The notes beneath the pieces were generated by a model. It saw nothing but the letters and a program-made list of their open reading frames with translations, was not told where the DNA came from and did not search any database. The position numbers were made by a program, and so were the translations under genes. A DNA stretch of 64,000 nt. It comes from Candidatus Hydrogenedentota bacterium (lineage in GTDB: Bacteria > Hydrogenedentota > Hydrogenedentia > Hydrogenedentales > SLHB01). The stretch is from the NCBI GenBank assembly GCA_045863295.1, contig BTWA01000005.1, forward strand, positions 160,001 to 224,000, read 5' to 3'. Positions 1 to 9,391 of this stretch are shown in pieces (position 1 is the first letter of the stretch; the number at the start of each line of letters is the position of its first letter).

Positions 1-2
1 CG

Positions 3-782
3 GAAGTTTCTTGGCGAGTTTCCGGCCTTCTATTGATGGCGACACTTTTGGTGGCAGACCGTTTTTACGTATTTGCAGCCCGGCGAAGCGGCGTCGAGCC
101 GGCGGGCTTTGCCGCTATTGGCATGGCGTGGTGTGTCGCGATGGGCTATGCCCAATTGACGGCCGATCCTGAGTGGCATGCATTCCGATGGGCTGTCGTA
201 GCGTGCGGTTTTCTGGGTTACGGCCTGGCTTACCGATCGTTACTGGCCGGAGCGCTCGGCGTCATTTCAGCTCTAACCGCGTCGGGCCATCACACATTCA
301 TTTCGTTGGATGAGACGCAGCCGCAGACCGCCATGACGTTGGGCTTTCTTGCATTGGTGGCGTTCTGGGCCGTATGCGAGCGTCTCGGCACGCGCGTGCC
401 TTCCCGTGGCGCAATTTCGTCCACCTGGATTACGGTACCCCCGGTCGCCATGGCTACTGGGCTCATGATTGTATTGCTCTATTGCACCCCACAATTTGCG
501 AGTTTTTATCTCACCGTCAGTTGGGCGGTGCTGGGTGTGGGCTTGTTTGGCTGGGCCATGCTTATCGGTCAGAAGTACTACCGCTACGCGGCGTTGTCCG
601 TGCTGGGGCTCGCGGTTATACGTGCCATGATTGTAGACACGCGCAATTTGGAGACAATCTACAAGGTACTTGCGCTGGGCGTTCTGGGCGGTGTGCTTCT
701 GGGAGTCGGCTACGGGTACTTCAAATGGCGGGAGCGAGTTCAAGGGGGCGAAGGATCACCGCCCGATGAGCCTATGGTGTAG
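3..782 (+). CDS. DUF2339-like polytopic membrane protein, 5'-truncated at window edge
   Basis: Frame open from base 3; many hydrophobic segments; C-terminal R..IVD...LE..YKVLAL..LG..LL..GY.Y pattern typical of DUF2339. Confidence 0.7.
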   Translation, partial: EVSWRVSGLLLMATLLVADRFYVFAARRSGVEPAGFAAIGMAWCVAMGYAQLTADPEWHAFRWAVVACGFLGYGLAYRSLLAGALGVISALTASGHHTFISLDETQPQTAMTLGFLALVAFWAVCERLGTRVPSRGAISSTWITVPPVAMATGLMIVLLYCTPQFASFYLTVSWAVLGVGLFGWAMLIGQKYYRYAALSVLGLAVIRAMIVDTRNLETIYKVLALGVLGGVLLGVGYGYFKWRERVQGGEGSPPDEPMV

Positions 783-784
783 GG

Positions 785-1705
785 TCACGGGCACGATAGT
801 TTTTCAAGTGCGGAACGCGCTTCGTCCGCGGTGTCTTCGGCGAGGCCGTCGTGTTCCAGCAGTGCCACAAGTGCAGAGCGGGCCTCATGTTTCATGCCGG
901 CCACTGCGTATAGCTGGGAAAGCACTATGTATCCGTAGTGATAGTGTGGGGCGGCTTGGAGTGATCGCTCCAGCGTGTGTATGGCCTGGCGCAGTTGCTT
1001 TTTCTCAATAAGGAAATTTAATACGGCTGGCAGCGCTTCGATTTGCGCGGGGTCCAAATCGAGAATGCGGGTGAGCATAATGTGGGCCGCTTCAAGATCG
1101 TTTCTCGCTTGATACCTTTCGGCGGCGCTCCACAGTCCGCCCACTCGTTCGGGCAGGTTTTTGGGGCAGTAGAAGACGCCGTATTTGCCGCATGGGAGGT
1201 CCATCAGGGTTTGATGATTCGGCCATGGATCGAAGTCTTCGGGCATCCACTGACTTCGGTGCAATTCGCCCGGGTTACCGTATTGTTCGGGGTGATCCCA
1301 GCCCTCTCCAATGGGAATGTTTACCAGGAGTGCACCTTGCGCCGCGTTGTACAAATGGTGCAACACGGCGATGCCCTCATCCTTGTTCAAGTGCTCAATC
1401 ACGTCGCCGGCGATTACCAGATCGTACCTGTCCAGCGTGGGAGCCACGTCCCGGATGTCCGCAATGCGGATTGACGTATACAGGGCGCGTTGATGAGCCT
1501 GAATGTAGGGTTCAAACAGTTCAATGCCATCGATTCGCGCCTGCCATTTCTCCATCTGAACCCGTCCGGGATGAATGTCCAAATGCATTCGGCATAGGAA
1601 TCCCCATGTGCCGAATCCACACCCCACGTCGAGAACTGAACGAGGGTTGAGATGTGCAATCAGATTCAAGCAGTGACTGAGGTGTATGCCTGTGCTGACG
1701 GGCAT
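785..1705 (-). CDS. Class I SAM-dependent methyltransferase with C-terminal TPR repeats
   Basis: VLDVGCGFG motif I, DVIEHL motif; helical TPR-like C-terminus; AAGGAGG RBS before ATG at 1705. Confidence 0.8.
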   Translation of the reverse strand: MPVSTGIHLSHCLNLIAHLNPRSVLDVGCGFGTWGFLCRMHLDIHPGRVQMEKWQARIDGIELFEPYIQAHQRALYTSIRIADIRDVAPTLDRYDLVIAGDVIEHLNKDEGIAVLHHLYNAAQGALLVNIPIGEGWDHPEQYGNPGELHRSQWMPEDFDPWPNHQTLMDLPCGKYGVFYCPKNLPERVGGLWSAAERYQARNDLEAAHIMLTRILDLDPAQIEALPAVLNFLIEKKQLRQAIHTLERSLQAAPHYHYGYIVLSQLYAVAGMKHEARSALVALLEHDGLAEDTADEARSALEKLSCP

Positions 1706-1834
1706 CAATGAAACCTCCTTCCTCATTCTGGATGAAATGGCGGAGTCCAATCCACTCATGAACGATTGGAGAGAGGAGATATTGTCAAGGACGATTCAAT
1801 GGAGGACGCGCCCGGCAGAATCAAAGTCGCACAC

Positions 1835-1859
1835 AAAGAAGCGGCGAAATTCCGCCACC
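1835..1859 (-). terminator. Probable intrinsic terminator after fabG
   Basis: Minus-strand GTGGCGG-AATT-TCGCCGC stem followed by TTCTTT. Confidence 0.55.
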
Positions 1860-1866
1860 GACCCTT

Positions 1867-2613
1867 TTACATGGCCAATCCGCCATCGACGGACAGTACC
1901 GCGCCTGTCACATACGACGCCGAGTCCGACGCAAGAAATGAGACGCAAGCGGCAACTTCCTCGGGCCGGCCCACACGGCGGAACGGAATCTTCTTCATGA
2001 TGTAGTCGCGCTGTTCGCCGCTGAGTCCGGAAGTCATGTCGGTATCAATGTATCCAGGCGCAACGACGTTTACCGTGATGCCGCGCGACGCCAGTTCGTC
2101 TGCCAGGCATTTTGAGAAGCCGATGATGCCCGCCTTGGCCGCGCCATAGTTTGTTTGTCCGCCTTGTCCGCGAATCCCGATCACCGAAGAAATGTTAATG
2201 ATCCGTCCTGCGCGCTGCTTCAGCATGTCCCTGGCCACAACCCGGCAGCAATTAAACGTTCCCGTCAGATTGATGTTCATGACGCCTGCCCAATCATCGT
2301 CCTTCATTCGGATGGCGAGTCCGTCACGTGTGATGCCCGCATTGTTTACAAGCACGTGGATGGGACCGAGATCGTCCGTGACCATTTTAACGAGGTCATT
2401 GACGTTTTCGCTCGAACCGACGTCAGCCTCATACCCTTTGACAATTGCACCGGTTTCCTCGGCCAGTTCCTCCGCGGCCTTCTTCGCTGTGTCCAGGGAT
2501 CGACCGCAAATGGCGGTTTTTGCTCCACCTCGTGCGAATTCACGGGCGCAGGCAAAACCGATACCACGCGTTCCACCGGTAATCAATACGACCTTGTCTT
2601 TGAAATCGAACAC
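1867..2613 (-). CDS. fabG: 3-oxoacyl-ACP reductase
   Basis: TGGTRGIG, NNAGITRD, YGAAK, VDGGL motifs; GTG start with GGGAG RBS; follows fabD. Confidence 0.95.
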   Translation of the reverse strand: MFDFKDKVVLITGGTRGIGFACAREFARGGAKTAICGRSLDTAKKAAEELAEETGAIVKGYEADVGSSENVNDLVKMVTDDLGPIHVLVNNAGITRDGLAIRMKDDDWAGVMNINLTGTFNCCRVVARDMLKQRAGRIINISSVIGIRGQGGQTNYGAAKAGIIGFSKCLADELASRGITVNVVAPGYIDTDMTSGLSGEQRDYIMKKIPFRRVGRPEEVAACVSFLASDSASYVTGAVLSVDGGLAM

Positions 2614-2642
2614 GTCAGCACTTCTCCCTTTCCGCAAAAGAA

Positions 2643-3530
2643 CTACAATGCAATCCCGTCTGCCGCAGTGACCGTTCCCGCTTCGAACACCTGCGGCGCA
2701 TTCGGCGTGCGTTTGGCGAGCCCCTGAAGCACTTTTCCAGGTCCTGCTTCCACGGCCTGAACGGGCCCCAGCGTACGCATAACGCCGGTCCACTGCACCG
2801 GTCCTCGAATTTGATTCCGCAACGCTTCCCGAATGGCTTCGGGATCTTTCAGGACTGAGCCAGTGACCGAGGATACGAAATCAATACGGGGTGAGGCAAT
2901 GGCGATGCTTTGAAGCGTCTGCCAATAGGTTTCCGCCGCCTCTTGCATGAGGGAGGAATGAAATGGACCTGACACGGCGAGTGGAACCACTCGTTTTGCG
3001 CCCGCCGCCTTCAGAATTTCACCACAGGCATCAATACCGGATTTCGTTCCGGAGATGATTGTTTGATCCGGGCCGTTGAAATTGGCGACCTCAACGCCTT
3101 CCGGCAGGGCCGCTTCAATGACATCCGCCGCGAGTCCGAGAACGGCAGCCATTGCGCCCTCAGGCGCATACTGGCTCATGCAACGTCCCCGTTCGCGCAC
3201 CAGCACATATGCATCGGCAAACGAAAGACACCCGGCGGCAATCAGGGCGGCATATTCGCCGAGGCTGTGACCCGCTGTTACAGTGGCGGAAATGCCGCGT
3301 GCCCGTATATGGGCCAGAATCGCGGCTTCCACCGTGAGCAAAGCAGGCTGCGCGTTCTGGGTAAGGTTCAGCACTTCGGCCGGTCCTTCGAAAATGAGAT
3401 CGAGGAAACCGGCCGGACCATGGGCCGCGGCCTCGTCGAATACTTCGCGAGACGCAGGTGACTTGTCGTAGAAATCCCGGCCCATGCCGGGCGTTTGACT
3501 GCCCTGGCCGGGGAAGAGGAATGCGATCAC
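2643..3530 (-). CDS. fabD: Malonyl-CoA:ACP transacylase
   Basis: FPGQGSQ, GHSLGE, SGPFHS motifs. Confidence 0.96.
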   Translation of the reverse strand: MIAFLFPGQGSQTPGMGRDFYDKSPASREVFDEAAAHGPAGFLDLIFEGPAEVLNLTQNAQPALLTVEAAILAHIRARGISATVTAGHSLGEYAALIAAGCLSFADAYVLVRERGRCMSQYAPEGAMAAVLGLAADVIEAALPEGVEVANFNGPDQTIISGTKSGIDACGEILKAAGAKRVVPLAVSGPFHSSLMQEAAETYWQTLQSIAIASPRIDFVSSVTGSVLKDPEAIREALRNQIRGPVQWTGVMRTLGPVQAVEAGPGKVLQGLAKRTPNAPQVFEAGTVTAADGIAL

Positions 3531-4558
3531 GGATTCGATTCCTTCTGAGCGATCTGATCTTCGGCTTTGCGCAGTTCACGAATGCCCAGAAGGATGTACT
3601 TATTTACTTCCTTGGTCAGTGCAAGTCGCGCGCCCTTAATTCCATTGGCAACGCCCTTGGCCGTGCATGAACCGTGCAGAATGATCACGACGCCGTTGAC
3701 ACCGAGCAATTCCGCGCCGGTGTATTCATTGGGATCAACGGTGCGCCGTAAGCGCTTGAATGCGCCACGACTCAATAGACCACCCAGCATGCTCAAAGGA
3801 TTCGCCATGATTTCGCGGGTGAGCAAAGTGCGGATCAAGTGGCCGGCGCCTTCGCTGGTCTTGAGTAGCAGATTGCCGGCAAAACCATCGCAAACGAGCA
3901 CGTCCGTTGCGCCCTGATAGAACGCCTTGGGCTCGATGTTTCCCACGAAATTGAGGTGAGGCGCGGCCGACAGTACTTTGTGGACTGTCTTGGCCAATTC
4001 GTTGCCCTTGGCCTGCTCCTCGCCAATGTTGAGCAGTCCTACGCGCGGTTCCTCGATTCCGAGGATCTGGCGCACATACGCCACACCCATTTCCGCGAAG
4101 TCGCAGAGGTGGCGCGCTGTGCAATCCACGTTTGCCCCGAGGTCGAGCACCAGAGAACGGCCTTTCATTGTGGGCAGTTGCTGGCAAATTGCGGACCGGC
4201 TTACGCCTTCGATGGGGCGCAGAATGTTGCGCGCGGCCACCATTACGGCGCCGGTATTGCCGGCGCTGACCATGGCGTCGGCTTGTCCCGTCTTAACCAG
4301 CCGCATGGCCACCAGCATGGAGGCGTCTTTCTTTTTTCGAACCGCCACTACAGGCTGTTCGTCCATGCCAATGATCTCAGACGCGTGCACGACGGAAATT
4401 CGAGGTGGATTCCCTCTTTTTGCCAGCATGGGGCGGATCTTTTCTTCGTCTCCGACGAGGATTATATCGAAGCCGTCAGACGCAAGAGATGCGCACGCCC
4501 CGCCCACTTCCGGGAAGGGGGAGTTGTCTGCACCCATTGCGTCGATAGCGATCCGCAT
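3527..4558 (-). CDS. plsX: Phosphate acyltransferase
   Basis: IAIDAMGAD, SAGNTGA, LDLGAN, LLNIGEE, CDGFAGN..LK motifs. Confidence 0.96.
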   Translation of the reverse strand: MRIAIDAMGADNSPFPEVGGACASLASDGFDIILVGDEEKIRPMLAKRGNPPRISVVHASEIIGMDEQPVVAVRKKKDASMLVAMRLVKTGQADAMVSAGNTGAVMVAARNILRPIEGVSRSAICQQLPTMKGRSLVLDLGANVDCTARHLCDFAEMGVAYVRQILGIEEPRVGLLNIGEEQAKGNELAKTVHKVLSAAPHLNFVGNIEPKAFYQGATDVLVCDGFAGNLLLKTSEGAGHLIRTLLTREIMANPLSMLGGLLSRGAFKRLRRTVDPNEYTGAELLGVNGVVIILHGSCTAKGVANGIKGARLALTKEVNKYILLGIRELRKAEDQIAQKESNP

Positions 4559-4593
4559 GGATTGATTGTCGCTTGGCGCGGCCGTGGACCGGC

Positions 4594-4776
4594 TCAGTCG
4601 TTATCAACATTGATGGCGAGACGATCTTTATAGTGCCCACACTTCGGGCACACGCGATGCGGCATAGCCGGCTCGCCACAACTTGGGCAAGACGCGAAGC
4701 CGGGCTGCTTCAGCGCGTGATGAGACCGCCGCTTCAGCTTACGGGTCTTGCTGGTTCGTCTCTTTGGTACTGGCAC
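4594..4776 (-). CDS. rpmF: 50S ribosomal protein L32
   Basis: MPVPKRRTSK..., CPSCG...HRVCPKCG zinc ribbon. Confidence 0.97.
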   Translation of the reverse strand: MPVPKRRTSKTRKLKRRSHHALKQPGFASCPSCGEPAMPHRVCPKCGHYKDRLAINVDND

Positions 4777-4779
4777 CGG

Positions 4780-5361
4780 TCATTCCTCCGGACGTTTCGG
4801 CTTGAGGTTGGGGAACAGATCGCCCAGTTTACGCAAGCCGGTGTTAGCTAAGTCGTCATCTTGTGCATGCTTCGCATCACACGAGCATGCCGTATTGTTC
4901 TTGTTTGCGCCGCACCAGGGGCAAAGCCCCTGACACGATTCGTTGCACAGAACCTTGGCCGGTACCGCCAGAACGGTTTCTTCCCAGACACGCGGCGCAA
5001 GATCCAAGGTTTCTCCGTCATGTACGCCGGCGATTTCCGCGCTTTCTTCGAGTTCCTCGTCTTCCGGGTCTTCTTCGGCTTCCAATGGATGGTGCGCGTG
5101 TCCCGGAACGAACAACCATTCCACCTCAATGTGGATGGCTGCCTCCGCAGGGTCAAGGCATCGGTCGCACGTAGCCCAGACCGTGCCACTAAGTGTCCCC
5201 CGCACAAGGACATCCGTATCAATGGGCAGAATCTCGCCCGTCAATGACAGGTCCTTAATCCGGGGCGAGTCAACGCCCTCGGGCCGGACCATCGCTTCCG
5301 TGATGTCCAGGTCGATTTCGAGGCCGTCCGCAGGCACCATGGAAAGAGCTACTTTGAGCAT
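4780..5361 (-). CDS. yceD: DUF177/YceD family protein (start may be 5385)
   Basis: CDRCL and LC...CQGLCPWCG..C.C motifs; conserved position before rpmF. Confidence 0.9.
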   Translation of the reverse strand: MLKVALSMVPADGLEIDLDITEAMVRPEGVDSPRIKDLSLTGEILPIDTDVLVRGTLSGTVWATCDRCLDPAEAAIHIEVEWLFVPGHAHHPLEAEEDPEDEELEESAEIAGVHDGETLDLAPRVWEETVLAVPAKVLCNESCQGLCPWCGANKNNTACSCDAKHAQDDDLANTGLRKLGDLFPNLKPKRPEE

Positions 5362-5522
5362 ATCCACAGCCCGTCGCACCTCCACGCAGAAAGCGAAAGG
5401 GTATCAAATAGCGGCGTTTGAAGTCAAACTATGGCTGGACTTGCGACAAATCGGGGTTGCGGTGAATCCGGCGGGTTCCTGTGCTAGAGTGAGGGTGGTC
5501 AAATCTTGGATTTGTTTAGCTC

Positions 5523-6353
5523 ATGCCGCCTAAAACAGCCCGCAAACCGCCCTATTCCAATCCGGATTCAGCGCTTACCCCGCCCTTGAAATGGGCCGGG
5601 GGCAAGCGTTGGTTACTGCCGTTTCTGAAGCCGTTGTGGCAAGACTTCCGCAATTACCGGCTTGTGGAGCCTTTTTGCGGTGGTTTGGCCGTGGCTCTTG
5701 GTCTGAATCCGGCGTCAGCCCTGCTGAACGACATTAACCCTCATGCCATCAATTTTTACAGGCAGTTACAGCGGGGTCTCTCGATCACCATCGATGTGCG
5801 CAACGACGAGACTTTGTATTACCTGCACCGCGATGCGTTCAATCAACTTATCGAGCGAGGCAACGCCGAGACAAAAGAGGCGGCGCAGTATTTCTACTAT
5901 CTGAATCGCACCGGGTACAACGGTCTGTGCCGTTTCAACAGCCGGGGTCTGTTCAATGTGCCTTATGGCAGTTACAAGACCATTGGTTATGCCGTAGACT
6001 TTTCCAAGTACCAATCGGCGTTAAGCCGGTGGGAGTTTGTTTGCGGCGATTTTGAATCCATTTTGCCGGAGCGTAAGGATTTCATCTATGCCGATCCTCC
6101 ATATGACGTTGAGTTCCGTCACTATTCGAAAGAGGGGTTCTCTTGGGAGAGCCAGGAACGGCTTGCGGAGTGGCTCGCCCAGTACAAGGGGCCGGTCATC
6201 GCCTCCAATCAGGCGACTCCCCGCATCCTAAAACTCTATCGCCGGCTTGGGTTCAAAGTCGTGGTGAAGAAGGCGCCCCGGATGATAAGTTGCACCGGCG
6301 ATCGCAAACCCGCCGAGGAAATGCTGGCCATGCGGGGGCCGGGCCTTTTATGA
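5523..6353 (+). CDS. Dam-family (D12 class) N6-adenine DNA methyltransferase
   Basis: LKWAGGK, EPFCGG, DPPY, SN motifs; YLNRTGYNGLCRFN..G.FNVPYG target-recognition hairpin. Confidence 0.93.
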   Translation: MPPKTARKPPYSNPDSALTPPLKWAGGKRWLLPFLKPLWQDFRNYRLVEPFCGGLAVALGLNPASALLNDINPHAINFYRQLQRGLSITIDVRNDETLYYLHRDAFNQLIERGNAETKEAAQYFYYLNRTGYNGLCRFNSRGLFNVPYGSYKTIGYAVDFSKYQSALSRWEFVCGDFESILPERKDFIYADPPYDVEFRHYSKEGFSWESQERLAEWLAQYKGPVIASNQATPRILKLYRRLGFKVVVKKAPRMISCTGDRKPAEEMLAMRGPGLL

Positions 6354-6772
6354 AGCTGCGCAATACCAAGACCGGATCCGTGATGGAATTGATGGCACTT
6401 CCCGCATTGCGCATGGGTGGGTACGACGTATCGATTCAGCAGGTGGTGGGCAAACGGCCCGGCGGCCGGCAACACAAAATAGATATTGTCGCCCGCAAGG
6501 ACGACAAGGCCTGTCTTGTATCCCTGAAGTGGCAACAAGTGGGCGGTACTGCGGAACAGAAAGTACCTTTTGAAGTGATTTGCCTTGCCGATATCATATT
6601 TCGAAATCCTAAGCTATATCAGAAGGCCTACCTGGTGTTGGGCGGTCAGGGGTGGACCTTGCGTGAGTATTATGTGCAGGGCGGTTTACATGAGCACCTG
6701 GCATACGGCCATCTTGTGGAAGTACTGACACTTGAAGATTTTGTTGGCAAGGCGAATAAAGGTGAATTATAA
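6350..6772 (+). CDS. Small PD-(D/E)XK-superfamily nuclease, putative restriction endonuclease (140 aa)
   Basis: ATGA overlap with MTase stop; KIDIV...VSLKWQQVGGTAEQK motif. Confidence 0.72.
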   Translation: MKLRNTKTGSVMELMALPALRMGGYDVSIQQVVGKRPGGRQHKIDIVARKDDKACLVSLKWQQVGGTAEQKVPFEVICLADIIFRNPKLYQKAYLVLGGQGWTLREYYVQGGLHEHLAYGHLVEVLTLEDFVGKANKGEL

Positions 6773-6818
6773 GATCTTCGAACTGATCAGTTGCTCTCGC
6801 TCAATCGAGGGGCCCATC

Positions 6819-7634
6819 TTACTCCGCACGATACAAAAGATACACGCATACCACGACGATTCCGAGCACAATCCGGTACCATCCAAAGATCCTGAAGTCG
6901 TGCTTTTGAATGTAGGCCATGAGAAAGGCAATGGAAGCGTATGCGACCAAAAACGACACGACGCATCCTACGGCCAGCACTGACCATTCATGCGGGGTGA
7001 AGCCGCCGCCTTTCTTTACGATCGTGAGCATCGTTGCGCCGACCATCGTGGGAATGGCAAGAAAGAATGAGAATTCGGCCGCCACCGGGCGCGAGGCGCC
7101 CAGGAGCATCGCGCCAATAATGGTGGAAGCCGAACGCGACATGCCGGGCCACATTGCGAGGCATTGAAACAAGCCAATTTTCAGAGCAGTGGCATAGCGC
7201 AAGTCCGCGATTGACGTATGTGTGGGGGATTTGCTCATCGATTCAATGTACAAGAGCGCGGCGCCACCTGCGATCAGCGCTGCGGCAACCGGAACTTCCC
7301 AAAGCAAATACGATTCGATGAGGTCGTCGAACAGAAGCCCAAGCACACCGGCGGGAATAACCGCCACGATCACTTTCAGCCAGACGTCGAAGACCGCCCG
7401 TCTTTCTTGTGGAGGCTTGGCAAACGGCCATAGTCGACTCCAGAAATATACGACCACGGACAGAATGGCCGGCAATTGGATGACCACGATAAATGTCTTG
7501 GCAAACGAAGGGCCGAATCCGAGATCGACAACTCGGTCGACGAGCACAAGGTGGCCCGTGCTCGAAATGGGTATGAACTCGGTAAGTCCCTCCACGGTGG
7601 CCAGGAGGACAGCTTTCAAATACTCCACGAACAC
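6819..7634 (-). CDS. uppP: Undecaprenyl-diphosphate phosphatase
   Basis: VEGLTEFIPISSTGHL, PGMSRS, AEFSFFLAIP motifs; GTG start with GGAG RBS. Confidence 0.95.
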   Translation of the reverse strand: MFVEYLKAVLLATVEGLTEFIPISSTGHLVLVDRVVDLGFGPSFAKTFIVVIQLPAILSVVVYFWSRLWPFAKPPQERRAVFDVWLKVIVAVIPAGVLGLLFDDLIESYLLWEVPVAAALIAGGAALLYIESMSKSPTHTSIADLRYATALKIGLFQCLAMWPGMSRSASTIIGAMLLGASRPVAAEFSFFLAIPTMVGATMLTIVKKGGGFTPHEWSVLAVGCVVSFLVAYASIAFLMAYIQKHDFRIFGWYRIVLGIVVVCVYLLYRAE

Positions 7635-7935
7635 GTATCTCCGCGGACGCGCCAGTGCGCCCCATGTGGTGCCGCTTGCGAGCGCCCGCGTATCCCGCAT
7701 GCCAGCCTGAGGTTAAGAAGCTCCATACTATCCAAGAGTGTGCGAGTCAGATGCAAGCCGCGGCCCCTACGTCCGCGCGACTTATCCCCGTTTGCAACTC
7801 ACGGCCAAAAAGTGTACACTTTCTGGACTAAGTGCTTGTTTCAAGTTCGGGGCGGAATCGCAATCATTCGTACCGGTTGAAAACACGATTCAACCGGATT
7901 CAATTCACCTTCTAGGGCTGTCGATACATTACTTC

Positions 7936-8400
7936 ATGAGCGTATTTGGGATAGATATCACTCCGCAAGCGGTGCGCTTTTTTGACCCGGGCGTCTCCAA
8001 ACACGACGCGTTGGATGCTCTCGTGGACGCCATTGTCAGCACGGGCGCGATTCAGGATCCGGCGAGCTTTAGGCGTGCCGTGCACGAGCGTGAGCAAGTC
8101 ATGAGCACGGGCATTGGCCAAGGGGTCGCAATTCCTCACGTGCGCATCGATGCCGTTGCACGGGGCGTGGTGGGTGTGGGAATCGCCAAATGTGGAATTG
8201 AGTTCGACACTCTGGATAACGAGCCAGTCCGGATTATCGTATTGTTCGCCATGCCCAGCGGTTCTCACCGGGAATACTTGACACTGCTGGCCAGTGTCAT
8301 GACGGTAATGAAAGAAGCCGAGTTCCGGGATCAACTAATCGCCTGCGACACGCCGGAAGATATATCTGCCGTGCTCAACGGCGCGTCCAGCCATTTGTAG
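7936..8400 (+). CDS. PTS IIA (fructose/mannitol/Ntr-type) domain protein
   Basis: RE..MSTGIGQGVAIPHVR with phospho-His. Confidence 0.9.
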   Translation: MSVFGIDITPQAVRFFDPGVSKHDALDALVDAIVSTGAIQDPASFRRAVHEREQVMSTGIGQGVAIPHVRIDAVARGVVGVGIAKCGIEFDTLDNEPVRIIVLFAMPSGSHREYLTLLASVMTVMKEAEFRDQLIACDTPEDISAVLNGASSHL

Positions 8401-8482
8401 CTTTCTTTTCCACTAAAACTTTCCGTTTGCACGTTTCAATCCCGCATTTTCGTGGTAAAATCCAGTGGGGGAGATTTCGTGT

Positions 8483-9391
8483 ATGAAACTCTCGCATATC
8501 CTTCGACCCGACTGGGTTGTGACGGGTCTTGCCGCCCGCACCTTGCCGGATGCCATTCAAGAAACACTCACTAAGGCAAGCCGCTTTTCCCCCGCGATGG
8601 ACATTGCGGCCATCGTACGCGCTGTTCAACTTCGCGAGCAGCAAGGCAGCACCGCCGTAGGACGCGGCATTGCGATTCCGCACGCGCGCATAGCCGGTCT
8701 CACGGAGTACTACGTCCTTTTGGGAGTGCCCCAAGAGGCTCTCGCCGAAGTGGGGCAAGACGGTACCGCCATTGATCTCGTGTTCATTCTTTTGGGTAAC
8801 AGCCATCACAGCGAATTCATGCTTCAATCCCTGGCACTTATCGCGGAGATATCCAAAGACAATACGATGATGGCCGCGATTCGTGGCGCGCCAAGTGGCC
8901 GGGAGATATGGGCTGCGATTGACCAGTTTCCACTTCATTTAAAGCAGGGCGTATTTGCGGCGGATGTGATGGAACGTTGCGCGGTGGTTGTCCAGGAAGA
9001 CACCGTCATGGGCACTATGCTGGATCAAATGGCAAAGGAGCGGGTTGACGAAGCAGCCGTTTGCACTACGACAGGCCGATTGATCGGTGAGGTGACATCG
9101 CGCGAGATCATCGCGGCCATATTTCCTGACTGTATGCTGCGCATGCCGGGGGGGATTGGCTTTATGAGTGGCTTTGAGCCATTCAACCAATTTTTTCAAC
9201 GAGAACGGCACATGAAGGTGAAGGATGTCATGAACCGGGCTCCTCTTGTGGTCAGTGCGGACGATGCGCTCTCGCAGGTAGTTTTTCGTATGCACAGCGA
9301 GGGTGTGGCATTGGCGTGGGTGCTATCCGATTTGCAGCTGACAGGTCTGGTCAGGCGTAACAGCATCATGATGCGTGTGTTGAGGACATGA
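8483..9391 (+). CDS. PTS IIA domain fused to a CBS-domain pair
   Basis: REQQGSTAVGRGIAIPHAR; A.DVM and VKDVMNR CBS repeats. Confidence 0.85.
   Translation: MKLSHILRPDWVVTGLAARTLPDAIQETLTKASRFSPAMDIAAIVRAVQLREQQGSTAVGRGIAIPHARIAGLTEYYVLLGVPQEALAEVGQDGTAIDLVFILLGNSHHSEFMLQSLALIAEISKDNTMMAAIRGAPSGREIWAAIDQFPLHLKQGVFAADVMERCAVVVQEDTVMGTMLDQMAKERVDEAAVCTTTGRLIGEVTSREIIAAIFPDCMLRMPGGIGFMSGFEPFNQFFQRERHMKVKDVMNRAPLVVSADDALSQVVFRMHSEGVALAWVLSDLQLTGLVRRNSIMMRVLRT

Noticed and set aside
6143..6349. N-terminal extension of the nuclease ORF in the track
   Set aside because: Lies inside the MTase in another frame; ATGA coupling at 6350 is the better start
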